Assembly: GCA_965199825.1 (NCBI GenBank) | Contig: OZ241329.1 | Location: 2,240,001-2,304,000 of the forward strand | Origin: Bdellovibrionales bacterium | GTDB taxonomy: Bacteria; Bdellovibrionota; Bdellovibrionia; Bdellovibrionales; UBA1609 | DNA length: 64,000 nt | Direction: 5' to 3' | Part shown: positions 48,727 to 58,635 of the stretch, piece by piece | Layout: each line of letters starts with the position of its first letter | Position numbering within the stretch: position 1 is the stretch's first letter | Position numbers and translations under genes: made by a program | Notes under the pieces: model-generated | What the model was told of the DNA's origin: nothing | Databases searched by the model: none | The model's input: the letters and a program-made list of their open reading frames with translations, nothing else

Positions 48727-49383
48727 ATGTCATGGGATGATATTCCAACACAGGTCTTGAGTTGTTCAGAGGGTTTGCTAAAGGCCCTAAAAACCAAAGA
48801 CCCCTATACCTACTATCACTGCCTTCGGGTTGGTCGTTTGTCGCGGAAGCTTGCAAAAGCAATGGGGCTGAACGAATTTGAGCGTGGGATATTGGAAATC
48901 TCTGGTCTTCTTCATGATATCGGCAAGGTTTCGATTCCCGATCATATTTTGCAAAAGCCGGGTCGTTTGACCGATGAAGAGATGCTGACAATGCGAAGTC
49001 ATGCGGACTTGAGTGCCGATCTTTTAATTCCTTACGAATCCACACCCTTTTTTAAACTTGTGATTCCTGGAGTCAAATATCATCACGAACGGATTGATGG
49101 TGAAGGTTATCCGCACGCGATCAAAGGGGATGATTTGCCTCTGACTGCTCGAATTATTTCGATCACCGACACTTTTGATGCGATGGTGAACACTCGGCCT
49201 TACCGAACCGCGCAACCCATGGAGCGCGTCGAAAGTGAGCTGATCAAATTTTCGGGCACTCAGTTTGATGCCCAAATCGTCAAAATTTTTCTTGAGCTTT
49301 TGCCGTATCTAGATCTTCAGGCTGAAGAGCCCAAAGACAGCAAAGAAGAAGTTGCGGTTCAGTTTTTATTTAAAGCGGCCTGA
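48727..49383 (+). CDS. Stand-alone HD-GYP phosphodiesterase
   Basis: KDPYT, HDIGK, HHERIDGEGYP, RPYR, QFD. Confidence 0.93.
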   Translation: MSWDDIPTQVLSCSEGLLKALKTKDPYTYYHCLRVGRLSRKLAKAMGLNEFERGILEISGLLHDIGKVSIPDHILQKPGRLTDEEMLTMRSHADLSADLLIPYESTPFFKLVIPGVKYHHERIDGEGYPHAIKGDDLPLTARIISITDTFDAMVNTRPYRTAQPMERVESELIKFSGTQFDAQIVKIFLELLPYLDLQAEEPKDSKEEVAVQFLFKAA

Positions 49384-50346
49384 TAAAAAATCTGCGGCTT
49401 CGGGCGCATGATAAGTCAAAATAATATCGGCTCCCGCTCGTGCAATGCTTGTTAGCACTTCTAGAATTGCCGATTTTTCATCCAAAATTCCTTGAGCAAT
49501 CGCAAATTTAAGCATGCTGTACTCGCCGCTCACGTTGTAGGCCGCCACAGGTACGGGTGAGATTTTTTTTATTTTTACAATCACATCAAGGTAACTGAGT
49601 GCGGGCTTAATCATCAAAATATCAGCCCCTTCTTTGATGTCCAACACCGCCTCACGCTCGGCTTCATGAGAATTACAATAATCCATTTGATAGGTTTTTT
49701 TATCACCAGATTTTGGTGCCGAATCTAGGGCTTGTCGAAAAGGACCATAAAAGCTCGAAGCATATTTCGCGCTATAAGCCAAAATGCCGCAATCCTCATA
49801 GCCGGCCTTATCCAAATGTGAACGAAGGTATCCGATGCGGCCATCCATCATGTCGGAAGGAGCCACAAAGTCTGAGCCCGCTTGGGCTTGTACCAAAGCC
49901 ATTTCGGCAAGGAGAGGCAGAGTCTTATCATTCACGATTTGACCCTCTTCCACCAATCCGTCGTGCCCATCACTTGAGTACGGATCAAGGGCCACATCGG
50001 TGAACAAACATACTTCTGGAAACCTTTTTTTAATCTCGAAAATCACCGATGGAAATAAACCATTTTTATTTTTTGATTCCGAACCGAAGCGGTCTTTTTT
50101 GTGCTCGCTCACCACCGGAAAAAGAGCAAAAGATTTAATTTTTTTATCTATGCAAGTTTCGATAACCTGAAATGCCTTTTCAATTCCGAGCCGCGATTGG
50201 CCGGGCATAGCGAGGATTGGCTGTTCGCTTTTTGGATCTTCATTTATAAATAAAGGATAAACCAATTGCTCCACACTCAACCGGGTCTCGCGCAACAGAC
50301 TGCGGATGGTTTCACTGCGACGGAGTCGTCGTGGTCGCTCAATCAT
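49366..50346 (-). CDS. hemB: Porphobilinogen synthase
   Basis: RPRRLR, DVALDPYS..GHDG, PSDMMDGR, YGPFR, KPAL. Confidence 0.97.
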   Translation of the reverse strand: MIERPRRLRRSETIRSLLRETRLSVEQLVYPLFINEDPKSEQPILAMPGQSRLGIEKAFQVIETCIDKKIKSFALFPVVSEHKKDRFGSESKNKNGLFPSVIFEIKKRFPEVCLFTDVALDPYSSDGHDGLVEEGQIVNDKTLPLLAEMALVQAQAGSDFVAPSDMMDGRIGYLRSHLDKAGYEDCGILAYSAKYASSFYGPFRQALDSAPKSGDKKTYQMDYCNSHEAEREAVLDIKEGADILMIKPALSYLDVIVKIKKISPVPVAAYNVSGEYSMLKFAIAQGILDEKSAILEVLTSIARAGADIILTYHAPEAADFLSGRFK

Positions 50347-50939
50347 TGTTTTCTCTTTTGAAAAGGCAAGCCCATTCCAAGTTCTAAAAAGATCGAAGTC
50401 AAAGTGATTAGAGGTAAACCAACGATGGCGCTAGGATCATCCGATTCGATCCGCTCAAAAAGGGCTGCTCCCGCACTTTCAAATTTATATCCGCCCGCGC
50501 ATTCAAAGGGCTCATCAATCTCAATGTATTCTTCGATCGCTTTTGTTGAGAGGGCACGCATATGGAGTGTGACTGTTTCTAGATGCTGAAATGTTTTTTG
50601 TGGAGTGACCACCACAAGGCTGGTGTAGAGTTTGTGGGTATGACCCGATAATTTTTCGAGTAAGTTTTTTGTTCCTGGGCGCGTGAGGCCTTTCCCTAAA
50701 ATTTCGCTTTTGATCGAGAGCAATTGATCACTGCCGATCACCATCGCCTCAGGGTGAAGCTTCGATATTTTTTGCGCCTTTTCGAATCCCAAATGAAGCG
50801 CAATTTTTTGAGGATCCGCAGGATGAGAGTCGATGTAACTTTGCTCATCAATTTCGGGTTTGATTTGGGTAAAAGGAATATGAAGTGCACTCAACTGTCG
50901 AGCGCGCGAGGGTGAGGAGCTTGCCAATATGATTTTCAT
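50343..50939 (-). CDS. maf: Maf-family NTP pyrophosphatase
   Basis: ILASSSPSR, GSDQ, CAGGYKFE, IVGLP. Confidence 0.92.
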   Translation of the reverse strand: MKIILASSSPSRARQLSALHIPFTQIKPEIDEQSYIDSHPADPQKIALHLGFEKAQKISKLHPEAMVIGSDQLLSIKSEILGKGLTRPGTKNLLEKLSGHTHKLYTSLVVVTPQKTFQHLETVTLHMRALSTKAIEEYIEIDEPFECAGGYKFESAGAALFERIESDDPSAIVGLPLITLTSIFLELGMGLPFQKRKQ

Positions 50940-50969
50940 AGTCCAAATTCTTAAAAGAATAAGCAAAGT

Positions 50970-52037
50970 GTGTCAAAGGGGGAGCATGTGCAGTACGTCC
51001 ATCATCTTAATCCATTCGCCATCCAATTTTCAGAGACCTTTGGAATTCGTTGGTATGGCTTGGCTTATCTTGCTGGATTTATGGCGGGGTATTATTCGAT
51101 TCTTGCATTGATCCGTAAGGGGCGAGTGCTCATGCCTGAGGCTCAACTTTCGGATTACATCACCTACTGCGCGATTGGTGCACTCGCGGGTGGCCGCATT
51201 GGTTACTGCTTATTTTATTCGCCCGATCTTTTAACAGAGCTCAATAATGAATTTCCATTTTGGGGTGTCTTAAAAGTTCACAAAGGCGGCATGGCCTCAC
51301 ATGGCGGAATTTTGGGAATGATTGTCGCCTCTTATCTTTTTGGCAAAAAAAATAAGCTACCCTTTTTTCATTTGCTCGATCTCAATGTGCTCGGTGGGTG
51401 CTTAGGAATATTTTTTGGTCGCATCGCCAATTTTATTAATGGTGAGCTGTACGGGCGTGAAGCCCCGAGTGATTTATGGTGGGCGGTGAAGTTTCCGCAA
51501 GAGATGTTTTTGTGGGGCTCAGGCCAACTCGACAAAATTGCCAAATTGGCCGAAGCTGCCCGCCTGTCCGGTGTCTCAACAGTCGAGCAGTGGAGCGGTT
51601 GGGTCCAAAATTTTAATTCCGATTTTAAAGCACGATCTGCGATTGATTTTGGAATCGAAAAAATAATTGCGAGCACCCAAAATGGAAATCTGATGGTGGT
51701 TGAAAGTTTGAGGCCCCTTTTGACTCCGCGCTATCCTTCACAACTTGTTCAAGCTGTGCTTGAGGGCCTATTTGTATTTCTAATTTTGTTGGTGATTTGG
51801 CGTCGCCCCCAAAAACAGGGTGTAGTTGCGGCTTGGTTTGGCTTTTTCTATGCGGTGGCTCGCATTGTAGGCGAGCAATACCGAATGCCCGATGTGCAGC
51901 TGGGATATCGGGCACTCGGGCTGACGCGTGGCCAGTGGTTGAGTGTGGCCATGCTGGTGGTCGCGATTGCTTTTGTGGTGTGGGCCTACTGGCATGATAG
52001 CCGAAAATTGGGTGGGTTTTTGCCCGAGAAGTCTTAA
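50970..52037 (+). CDS. lgt: Prolipoprotein diacylglyceryl transferase
   Basis: IRWYG, GGRIGY, GGMASHGG, GRIANFINGELYGR, RYPSQL. Confidence 0.95.
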   Translation: MSKGEHVQYVHHLNPFAIQFSETFGIRWYGLAYLAGFMAGYYSILALIRKGRVLMPEAQLSDYITYCAIGALAGGRIGYCLFYSPDLLTELNNEFPFWGVLKVHKGGMASHGGILGMIVASYLFGKKNKLPFFHLLDLNVLGGCLGIFFGRIANFINGELYGREAPSDLWWAVKFPQEMFLWGSGQLDKIAKLAEAARLSGVSTVEQWSGWVQNFNSDFKARSAIDFGIEKIIASTQNGNLMVVESLRPLLTPRYPSQLVQAVLEGLFVFLILLVIWRRPQKQGVVAAWFGFFYAVARIVGEQYRMPDVQLGYRALGLTRGQWLSVAMLVVAIAFVVWAYWHDSRKLGGFLPEKS

Positions 52038-52183
52038 CGTCATCAGATGCCATAAAATTAAACATTCAAGAACGATATTCAAATTGGATTTCAATTTTTA
52101 AGGGCTTGAAGTGGTTCAAACCGATCGGCGCCTCAATTTGAGTTCCGGTCTAAGCTTTGCAATTTCGGCTTCGAGGGCGCCCG

Positions 52184-52918
52184 ATGAAATTACTGATGCT
52201 TGCTTTGTTGATGTTCAGAGGACACGTCTATTCGCAGGTCTGTCGAAACCAAATCTACTTTTTGCCCGAATACTATGAGGTGCCCGACATTCCAAAATCT
52301 GCGATGACTTATGCGGAACACCTCCAGGTGGCAAAGTCCGAGCTGAAGGTCCTCAATTTTCTCGAACGCTACGCGGATCGGCCGGTGTTTTCCGAAAAAG
52401 TGTCGTATCGCGATTATCATGTTGATCAGTTGAGTGCTGAGAAATTTTCGCAACTTAAACATTCACTCGATTCCATTTTTCCTGATGGATTTCAATTTCA
52501 TTCCGGCAGTCTTAACAGACAGCAGGTCCAAGCATTGTCTGAATACGGGGCCGAATTTATCCAGCTGTTCAGTGGAAATCTCACAACGATTCATCGGGTC
52601 ATAGCCGACAAAGAAACAGATCTAAAAATTTTTGGTCCAATTTTGAAATGGTCTGAGGCACATAAAGACGAGAGTGAATACCCTTTAGAAATTGGAAATC
52701 TCATTTATGGAGAAAGAGAAAAAGAGGCACTCAGACAAATCGTTAGTTTTTTTAACACTCATCCTCATGAGTACGAAGCGGTGTTAATTTTCGAAACGAA
52801 TCACAATTTTTGGTTTTATCCCGAGATCTTTCCGCCGGAATGTATCACTGTGCCAGGTGAATTTAAGACAGATTGGTCGGGCCAATATCGTCGTGGGCCC
52901 GCTGGTTTTGTGAAATGA
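52184..52918 (+). CDS. Hypothetical secreted protein
   Basis: Signal peptide from ATG 52184; no confident family. Confidence 0.6.
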   Translation: MKLLMLALLMFRGHVYSQVCRNQIYFLPEYYEVPDIPKSAMTYAEHLQVAKSELKVLNFLERYADRPVFSEKVSYRDYHVDQLSAEKFSQLKHSLDSIFPDGFQFHSGSLNRQQVQALSEYGAEFIQLFSGNLTTIHRVIADKETDLKIFGPILKWSEAHKDESEYPLEIGNLIYGEREKEALRQIVSFFNTHPHEYEAVLIFETNHNFWFYPEIFPPECITVPGEFKTDWSGQYRRGPAGFVK

Positions 52919-52927
52919 GTAATGAGA

Positions 52928-52947
52928 GGCCCTTTATCAAAAGGGCC
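52928..52947. terminator. Hairpin between convergent genes
   Basis: GGCCCTTT-ATCA-AAAGGGCC. Confidence 0.55.
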
Positions 52948-52964
52948 ATTGTTAAATAAAATTC

Positions 52965-53963
52965 TTAGAAGCTCTCATCAAAGGCAACGTTGCCGGTCAC
53001 ACCAATTTGGTAGGCCGAAACACGTCGCTCAAAGAAATTGGCAAGCTCTTGGGTGTCTTGGAGTTCCATAAAGCTAAATGGATTTTTAACATTAAACTGC
53101 GATGGAATACCTAAACGGTTGAGGCGTTGATCCGCCACATGCTGCAAATAAGTTCTCATGTCGCGAGCACTTAAACCTGCAACCCCATGATCCAAAATAT
53201 CTTGGGCAAAGGTCATTTCGCAATCGATCGCATCGTTCATCATCGCAATAATGGAATCCTTCATCACAGAATCCATCAATTCAGGCTGTTCGCGAAGAGC
53301 AATCTCGATCACCTGAAATGCAAAGTCGATATGTGCCGACTCATCACGAAAAACCCAGTTGGTTCCGGTAGCAAGGCCGTTCAACAACCCTTTGGATCTG
53401 AGAAAATAAACATAAGCAAAGGCTGCAAAAAAGAAGAGTCCTTCGATGGTTCCAGCAAAACAAATCAGATTCATAAGAAATCGACGTTTATCATCCATTG
53501 ATTGAATCACATGGAGTTCTTGAATCGAGTCCATCCATTTAAAGCTGAACTCCGCTTTCTTTTTAATCGACGGAATATTGTGAACTGCCGCAAACGCTTT
53601 TTCGCGCTCTGAATGATCGGGGATATAGCTATCCAGCAGTGTGAGATAAAACTCCACATGCAAAGCTTCCTCAAACAACTGGCGTGACAGATAAAGGCGC
53701 GCCTCTGGGGAATTGATATGCTTATACAAATTCAAAACCAGATTGTTGCCGACGATCGAGTCCCCGGTTGCAAAAAAAGCAACAAGGCGATTGATCAAAA
53801 ATCTTTCGGCCGGAGTCATTTTTTTATTCAAATCAACAATGTCATTGCTGAAATCAACTTCTTCTACGGTCCAAGTATTTTTGATTGCGGCTTTATAGCG
53901 ATCAAAAAAAATGGGGTACTTCATTGGTCTAAGGGTAAGGTCAAATCCTGCATCTAAAATCAT
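52965..53963 (-). CDS. nrdB: Class Ia ribonucleotide reductase beta subunit
   Basis: FFATGD, EEALHVEFY (radical Tyr), EGLFF, RDESAH, NFFERR; AGGAGG SD. Confidence 0.95.
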   Translation of the reverse strand: MILDAGFDLTLRPMKYPIFFDRYKAAIKNTWTVEEVDFSNDIVDLNKKMTPAERFLINRLVAFFATGDSIVGNNLVLNLYKHINSPEARLYLSRQLFEEALHVEFYLTLLDSYIPDHSEREKAFAAVHNIPSIKKKAEFSFKWMDSIQELHVIQSMDDKRRFLMNLICFAGTIEGLFFFAAFAYVYFLRSKGLLNGLATGTNWVFRDESAHIDFAFQVIEIALREQPELMDSVMKDSIIAMMNDAIDCEMTFAQDILDHGVAGLSARDMRTYLQHVADQRLNRLGIPSQFNVKNPFSFMELQDTQELANFFERRVSAYQIGVTGNVAFDESF

Positions 53964-53973
53964 GGTGGTCCTC

Positions 53974-56394
53974 CTATTGACAAGCTTCACAAACTTCGGG
54001 GTTTTCTAACGAACATGCGACGGCTTCTTGATCGGTAAACGTGGGTTGACTTGTGACTTGTGCAATTTTGGTAGCAGGTCGCGAGCGCAAGTAATAAGTC
54101 GTCTTAATTCCATTTTTCCAGGCGTACATATACATACTCGAAAGCTTCCCGATGGTGGGGCTTTCGATAAATAAATTGAGCGACTGACTTTGATCGATAT
54201 AAGCACCGCGAGCCGCTGCCATATCAATCATTGATTTTTGGGGCACTTCCCAAACCGTTCTAAACACAAGTTTCAAAGACTGCGGAATCTGTGGAATATT
54301 CTGAATCGAACCCTCATGGAGTTTAATTAATCCACGAATCTCCTCGGTCCACAAACCCTGTTTTTTCAACGCTTGAGCCAAATATTTATTGACCTGAATG
54401 AACTCACCCGAGAGTGTTTCGCGCTTAAATAAATTAGAAATTTGGGGCTCGATCGCCTCATACGCACCGGTGATACTTGCAATCGTTGCGGTCGGTGCAA
54501 TTGCAATCATCAACGAATTTCTTAAGCCGATTTTTTTAATCTTTCGTCGCAATTTTTCCCAACGTTCCATATCGTCGGGCACAACACCCCAATGATCAAA
54601 TTGCAGTTCTCCATTGGCAGCGCGTGTTTCTTTAAAGGCCTCATGGGCTCCCAATTTTTCGGCAAGGGCACAAGACGTTTTCAGCGCGTGATAATAAATC
54701 TCTTCTTGAATCTTGGTCGAAAGCTTTAAAGCTTCTGGACTATCAAAAGCATAACCTAATTTAAAAAAGGCATCTTGCAGACCCATCACACCAAGCCCCA
54801 CGGGGCGCCAGCGATAATTCGAAGTCTCGGCGGTTCCGATGGGATAAAAATTAATATCGATCACACGGTCGAGATACTTAATGGCAGTGACAACAGTTTC
54901 GCTTAATTTTTCAAAATCAAATTCTTTACCTGTGACATGGTTTCCGAGATTGACCGAGCCTAAATTGCAAACCGCAGTTTCCCCATTTGAGGTCACTTCC
55001 AAAATTTCGGTGCAGAGATTTGAAAGATGAATCACATTTTGGGGCAAACCGGTTTGGTTACTCTTGGAATTACACGCATCTTTAAAGGTCACCCAACCGT
55101 TACCGGTTTGGGCAAGGGTCTTCATCATGCGCGAATACAAATCTCGGGCTTTGAGCTGTTTTAAAAACAGACCTTCTTTTTCGGCCTGCTCATAAGCCAC
55201 TTCAAATTCTTTTCCAAAAAGATCAACCAAATGAGGGACATCTTTGGGATCAAATAATGACCATTGGCCATCACTCTCAACTCGCTTCATAAATAAATCG
55301 GGAATCCAGTTGGCTAAATTGAGATTGTGAGTGCGTTGAGCCGCATCGCCGGTGTTGTCGCGAAGTTCTAAGAACTCTTCGATATCCCCATGCCAGCTCT
55401 CAAGATAAATACAAGCAGCCCCTTTGCGTTTTCCACCTTGGTTTACCGCTGAAACCGAAGAATCTAAAGTCTTAAGCCATGGTGTTAATCCATTGCTGTG
55501 ACCATTTGTTCCTTTGATCAAAGAGCCGCGCGAACGCACGCGTGAAAATGAAACCCCAATGCCTCCGGCAAATTTAGAAAGCATCGCGATGTCTTTGTAC
55601 TTGTCATAAATTGAGCCCAAATCATCAAGAGGGGAATCAAGCAAATAGCAGGATGAAAGCTGAGGTCTTAAAGTCGCCGAATTAAACAAAGTCGGTGAGC
55701 TTGGCATATAATCCAATGATGAAATCAGCTCGTAGAATTCTTTTGCTTCTTGAAATGTTTTTGCCAAACCACAAGCCACACGAAGGAAAAAATATTGGGG
55801 CGACTCAATCACCTGGCGCGTTTTTGGATCTTTTAAGAGGTAGCGATCATAAACCGTACGTAGTCCAAAGTACTCAAACTTTTGGGTGCGGGTATCATCG
55901 ATAATAATATTTAAAGCCTCTTTGTGTTCGCGCACAAATTTAAGAGTGGAGTCGGCGATCAATCCGGTTTCAAAACCGATCTTGATACAATCGGCAAAAT
56001 TGCGAATGCCCTGATTGTTCACTTCCTCGTCGATATAGCGGGCTAAAAGGCGCGAAGCCAACCGTGAATACGCGGGCTCTTCGCCAATCAAGAGTGAAGC
56101 CGTTTGGATGCACAGTTGATCAAGTTCTTTTGTGGTGGCTCCATCGTACAATCCGCTGATCACTTTTGTGGCCACACGCATGGGATCCACATCTTGCAAA
56201 CGATTGGAGCAAGCAATGACCACGTTCACAATCTTGTTCACATTGACCGGTTCTAAAACTCCATCGCGTTTTCGCACACGCATAATCATCGGGCCGTCGG
56301 CTTGATCTTGAGGCGGCAACTGATTTTGAGCCGGATTGATGTTTAGTCTTGTACCACGATCATTAATTATTTCTTGCTCATTTTTCATTTGCAT
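53974..56394 (-). CDS. nrdA: Class I ribonucleotide reductase alpha subunit with ATP cone
   Basis: VRKRDG, SPTLFN, SSCYL, SNLCTEI, APTAT, TTYYLR, C-terminal CEACQ. Confidence 0.97.
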   Translation of the reverse strand: MQMKNEQEIINDRGTRLNINPAQNQLPPQDQADGPMIMRVRKRDGVLEPVNVNKIVNVVIACSNRLQDVDPMRVATKVISGLYDGATTKELDQLCIQTASLLIGEEPAYSRLASRLLARYIDEEVNNQGIRNFADCIKIGFETGLIADSTLKFVREHKEALNIIIDDTRTQKFEYFGLRTVYDRYLLKDPKTRQVIESPQYFFLRVACGLAKTFQEAKEFYELISSLDYMPSSPTLFNSATLRPQLSSCYLLDSPLDDLGSIYDKYKDIAMLSKFAGGIGVSFSRVRSRGSLIKGTNGHSNGLTPWLKTLDSSVSAVNQGGKRKGAACIYLESWHGDIEEFLELRDNTGDAAQRTHNLNLANWIPDLFMKRVESDGQWSLFDPKDVPHLVDLFGKEFEVAYEQAEKEGLFLKQLKARDLYSRMMKTLAQTGNGWVTFKDACNSKSNQTGLPQNVIHLSNLCTEILEVTSNGETAVCNLGSVNLGNHVTGKEFDFEKLSETVVTAIKYLDRVIDINFYPIGTAETSNYRWRPVGLGVMGLQDAFFKLGYAFDSPEALKLSTKIQEEIYYHALKTSCALAEKLGAHEAFKETRAANGELQFDHWGVVPDDMERWEKLRRKIKKIGLRNSLMIAIAPTATIASITGAYEAIEPQISNLFKRETLSGEFIQVNKYLAQALKKQGLWTEEIRGLIKLHEGSIQNIPQIPQSLKLVFRTVWEVPQKSMIDMAAARGAYIDQSQSLNLFIESPTIGKLSSMYMYAWKNGIKTTYYLRSRPATKIAQVTSQPTFTDQEAVACSLENPEVCEACQ

Positions 56395-56789
56395 CCTCCA
56401 TCAAAATTTCATCTCAAGCGAAAAGAGTCCCTTAACAATCTTTATTAAAATTTTCCGCTGCCGGAATTTTTTAAATAAAATTGCATGCTTTAGTGACCCT
56501 CTTGAACTGTCTTGAGGTGTGTCGGGCGCGATAGGCCCAGCACTCAATTTCGACGCTATCTTGGGGTTCAGATTTCTGTCAATTCTGAAACCCTGACTTT
56601 CTTTGGACAATTTTTTTTTCTCACAACTGCGCGGCTCTATTGATGTTCCCGGGATGACTGAGCGCGAATGGTGCAACTGGACTATAAGATCATTTAGCAA
56701 ATTAAAACGCCTTGACCTTTAGCCGGCAGTTCAAAGCGGGGTCTATTCCGGTAGCAACTTGAACCCAATTCTCATATGCTTAAGATTCA

Positions 56790-57824
56790 ATGAAACAACT
56801 TCTAGTCCGAAAAAAGTTTCCAGAAATGGATGAGCTTGAATCATTAATTGAACAGTTCGGCACAAATGCTCGCACGACGGTTGTCGAAACAGTGCACCTC
56901 AAAGATCGTGAATTTCCAATCTATACCGTCGAGGTGGGATCCCAAAATTTAAACGATCCGGTGATCGCATTTTTTGGCGGGGTTCATGGTCTCGAAAAAA
57001 TCGGCACCGAAGTTTTGCTTGCTTATATGAGAACTGTTTTAGAATTGATTCGTTGGGATCACAGTTTTAATGAGCGATTAAAACATACACGACTTTTGTT
57101 TATGCCAATTGTAAACCCCGTAGGCATTGTGGCTCGCAGTCGATCCAATGGGAATGGTGTTGATCTGATGCGAAATTCTCCTGTGGTGGCCGAGCGAGCA
57201 GGAGGCCCGATCTACCGCGGGCATCGTCTGACTCCAAGACTTCCTTGGTACCGGGGGCCCGAAAATGTGGAAATGGAAAAAGAAGCAAAAGCACTTTGCC
57301 AAGTTGTGGTCGATAAGCTTTTTCCCTCTCGATTAAGTATGGCTATTGATGTGCACTCTGGCTTTGGGGCTCACGATCGGTTGTGGTTTCCATTTGCACA
57401 CAGTAAAAAACCTTTTCCTTACGCAGCCGAAGTGTTCTCGCTCAAAAATCTATTTGAATCTTCATATCCGCATCACTTTTATGTGATTGAGCCTGTGAGC
57501 CGTCAGTACACGGTGTTTGGCGATTTGTGGGACCACTTGATGATCCAACACACAAATCAGATAAATAAAAATAGTTTTTTTCCTTGGACTCTCGAAATGG
57601 GATCTTGGACGTGGCTCAAAAAAAATCCTCTACAGATTTTTTCGCGATTTGGAGTGTTTCACCCAATGAAGCCTCACCGTCGTCAAAGAATTTTACGAAG
57701 ACACAATGCGCTCTTTGATTTTCTTCATCGCGTGGTGTCCTCACCCGAAGCATGGCTTCATCTCTCAGAATCCGATCGCACCGCAAAAATGAAACTGGCA
57801 ATGGAGATGTGGTATGAAAAATAA
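56790..57824 (+). CDS. M14-family zinc carboxypeptidase-like protein
   Basis: GGVHGLE, NGVDLMRN, DVHSG, TLEMG. Confidence 0.85.
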   Translation: MKQLLVRKKFPEMDELESLIEQFGTNARTTVVETVHLKDREFPIYTVEVGSQNLNDPVIAFFGGVHGLEKIGTEVLLAYMRTVLELIRWDHSFNERLKHTRLLFMPIVNPVGIVARSRSNGNGVDLMRNSPVVAERAGGPIYRGHRLTPRLPWYRGPENVEMEKEAKALCQVVVDKLFPSRLSMAIDVHSGFGAHDRLWFPFAHSKKPFPYAAEVFSLKNLFESSYPHHFYVIEPVSRQYTVFGDLWDHLMIQHTNQINKNSFFPWTLEMGSWTWLKKNPLQIFSRFGVFHPMKPHRRQRILRRHNALFDFLHRVVSSPEAWLHLSESDRTAKMKLAMEMWYEK

Positions 57825-58590
57825 AACTTGGATTCTGCTTCGTGGACTGTGTCGTGAGTCGGGCCATTGGGGTGAGTTTTTACCACTTTTTGAAAAATCA
57901 TTTTTGGATCACAACGTGATCTCGCTCGATTTGCCCGGCCTTGGACAAAATATCAAAATGAAGTCGCCGTCATCGACCGAAGAGATTGTGTCGTACTTAA
58001 GAAAAACTTTGAAAGAAAAAAACATCAACACACCCATTCATATTTTTGGTGTGTCTTTTGGTGCGATGGTCGCAGTCAAGTGGGCCGAGCTTTTCCCTGA
58101 AGAAATAGAATCATTTTGTGTTGCCAATTTAAGCGATCGACAAAGTCCTTTTTTTAAAAGATTAAAAAGTAAAATTTGGGGAACGGCCTTGCGGATTCCA
58201 TTAAAATTCAGTGCCAAATCTCGCGAAGCTTTGATCTTGAAATGCATTTCCAATTCGCCCCAAAAAAGTGCCGAAGCTCTTGACGCATGGACCGAAATTG
58301 CGCGGTTAAGGCCATTTCGACTTCAAGTTTTGACCGCTCAGTTATTGGCTTCAAGATCATTTCGGGCACCAAAAATCTTAAATGTCGATGGCATGATTAT
58401 GGTCAGTCTTCATGACCGTTTTGTTGATCCCACTTGCTCATTTAAAATTGGGCGGGGACTTAAGAAAAAAATCTTTACTCATCCGTGGGCGGGTCACGAT
58501 TTGACATTAGATGATCCAGAATGGGTCCTTCAAAAAGTGCATGATTTCATCCAGTCCTCTCAACCGCTGAAAAAAATTATATCCTCATAG
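57814..58590 (+). CDS. Alpha/beta hydrolase
   Basis: LLRGL, DLPG, GVSFG, HD, GHDL. Confidence 0.88.
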   Translation: MKNKTWILLRGLCRESGHWGEFLPLFEKSFLDHNVISLDLPGLGQNIKMKSPSSTEEIVSYLRKTLKEKNINTPIHIFGVSFGAMVAVKWAELFPEEIESFCVANLSDRQSPFFKRLKSKIWGTALRIPLKFSAKSREALILKCISNSPQKSAEALDAWTEIARLRPFRLQVLTAQLLASRSFRAPKILNVDGMIMVSLHDRFVDPTCSFKIGRGLKKKIFTHPWAGHDLTLDDPEWVLQKVHDFIQSSQPLKKIISS

Positions 58591-58635
58591 TTTGAGTTGT
58601 TAGTCCTAGGCATTGCGCGGTACTTTTATGGGATC

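Noticed and set aside
52965..53963. Possible class Ic or metal-free R2 variant
   Set aside because: The first Asp ligand, both ExxH motifs and the radical Tyr are all present.
56395..56789. Cobalamin riboswitch, NrdR boxes or a 99-aa ORF in the long nrdA leader
   Set aside because: There is only fragmentary resemblance and no convincing B12 box or full NrdR palindrome. An Infernal scan would settle it.
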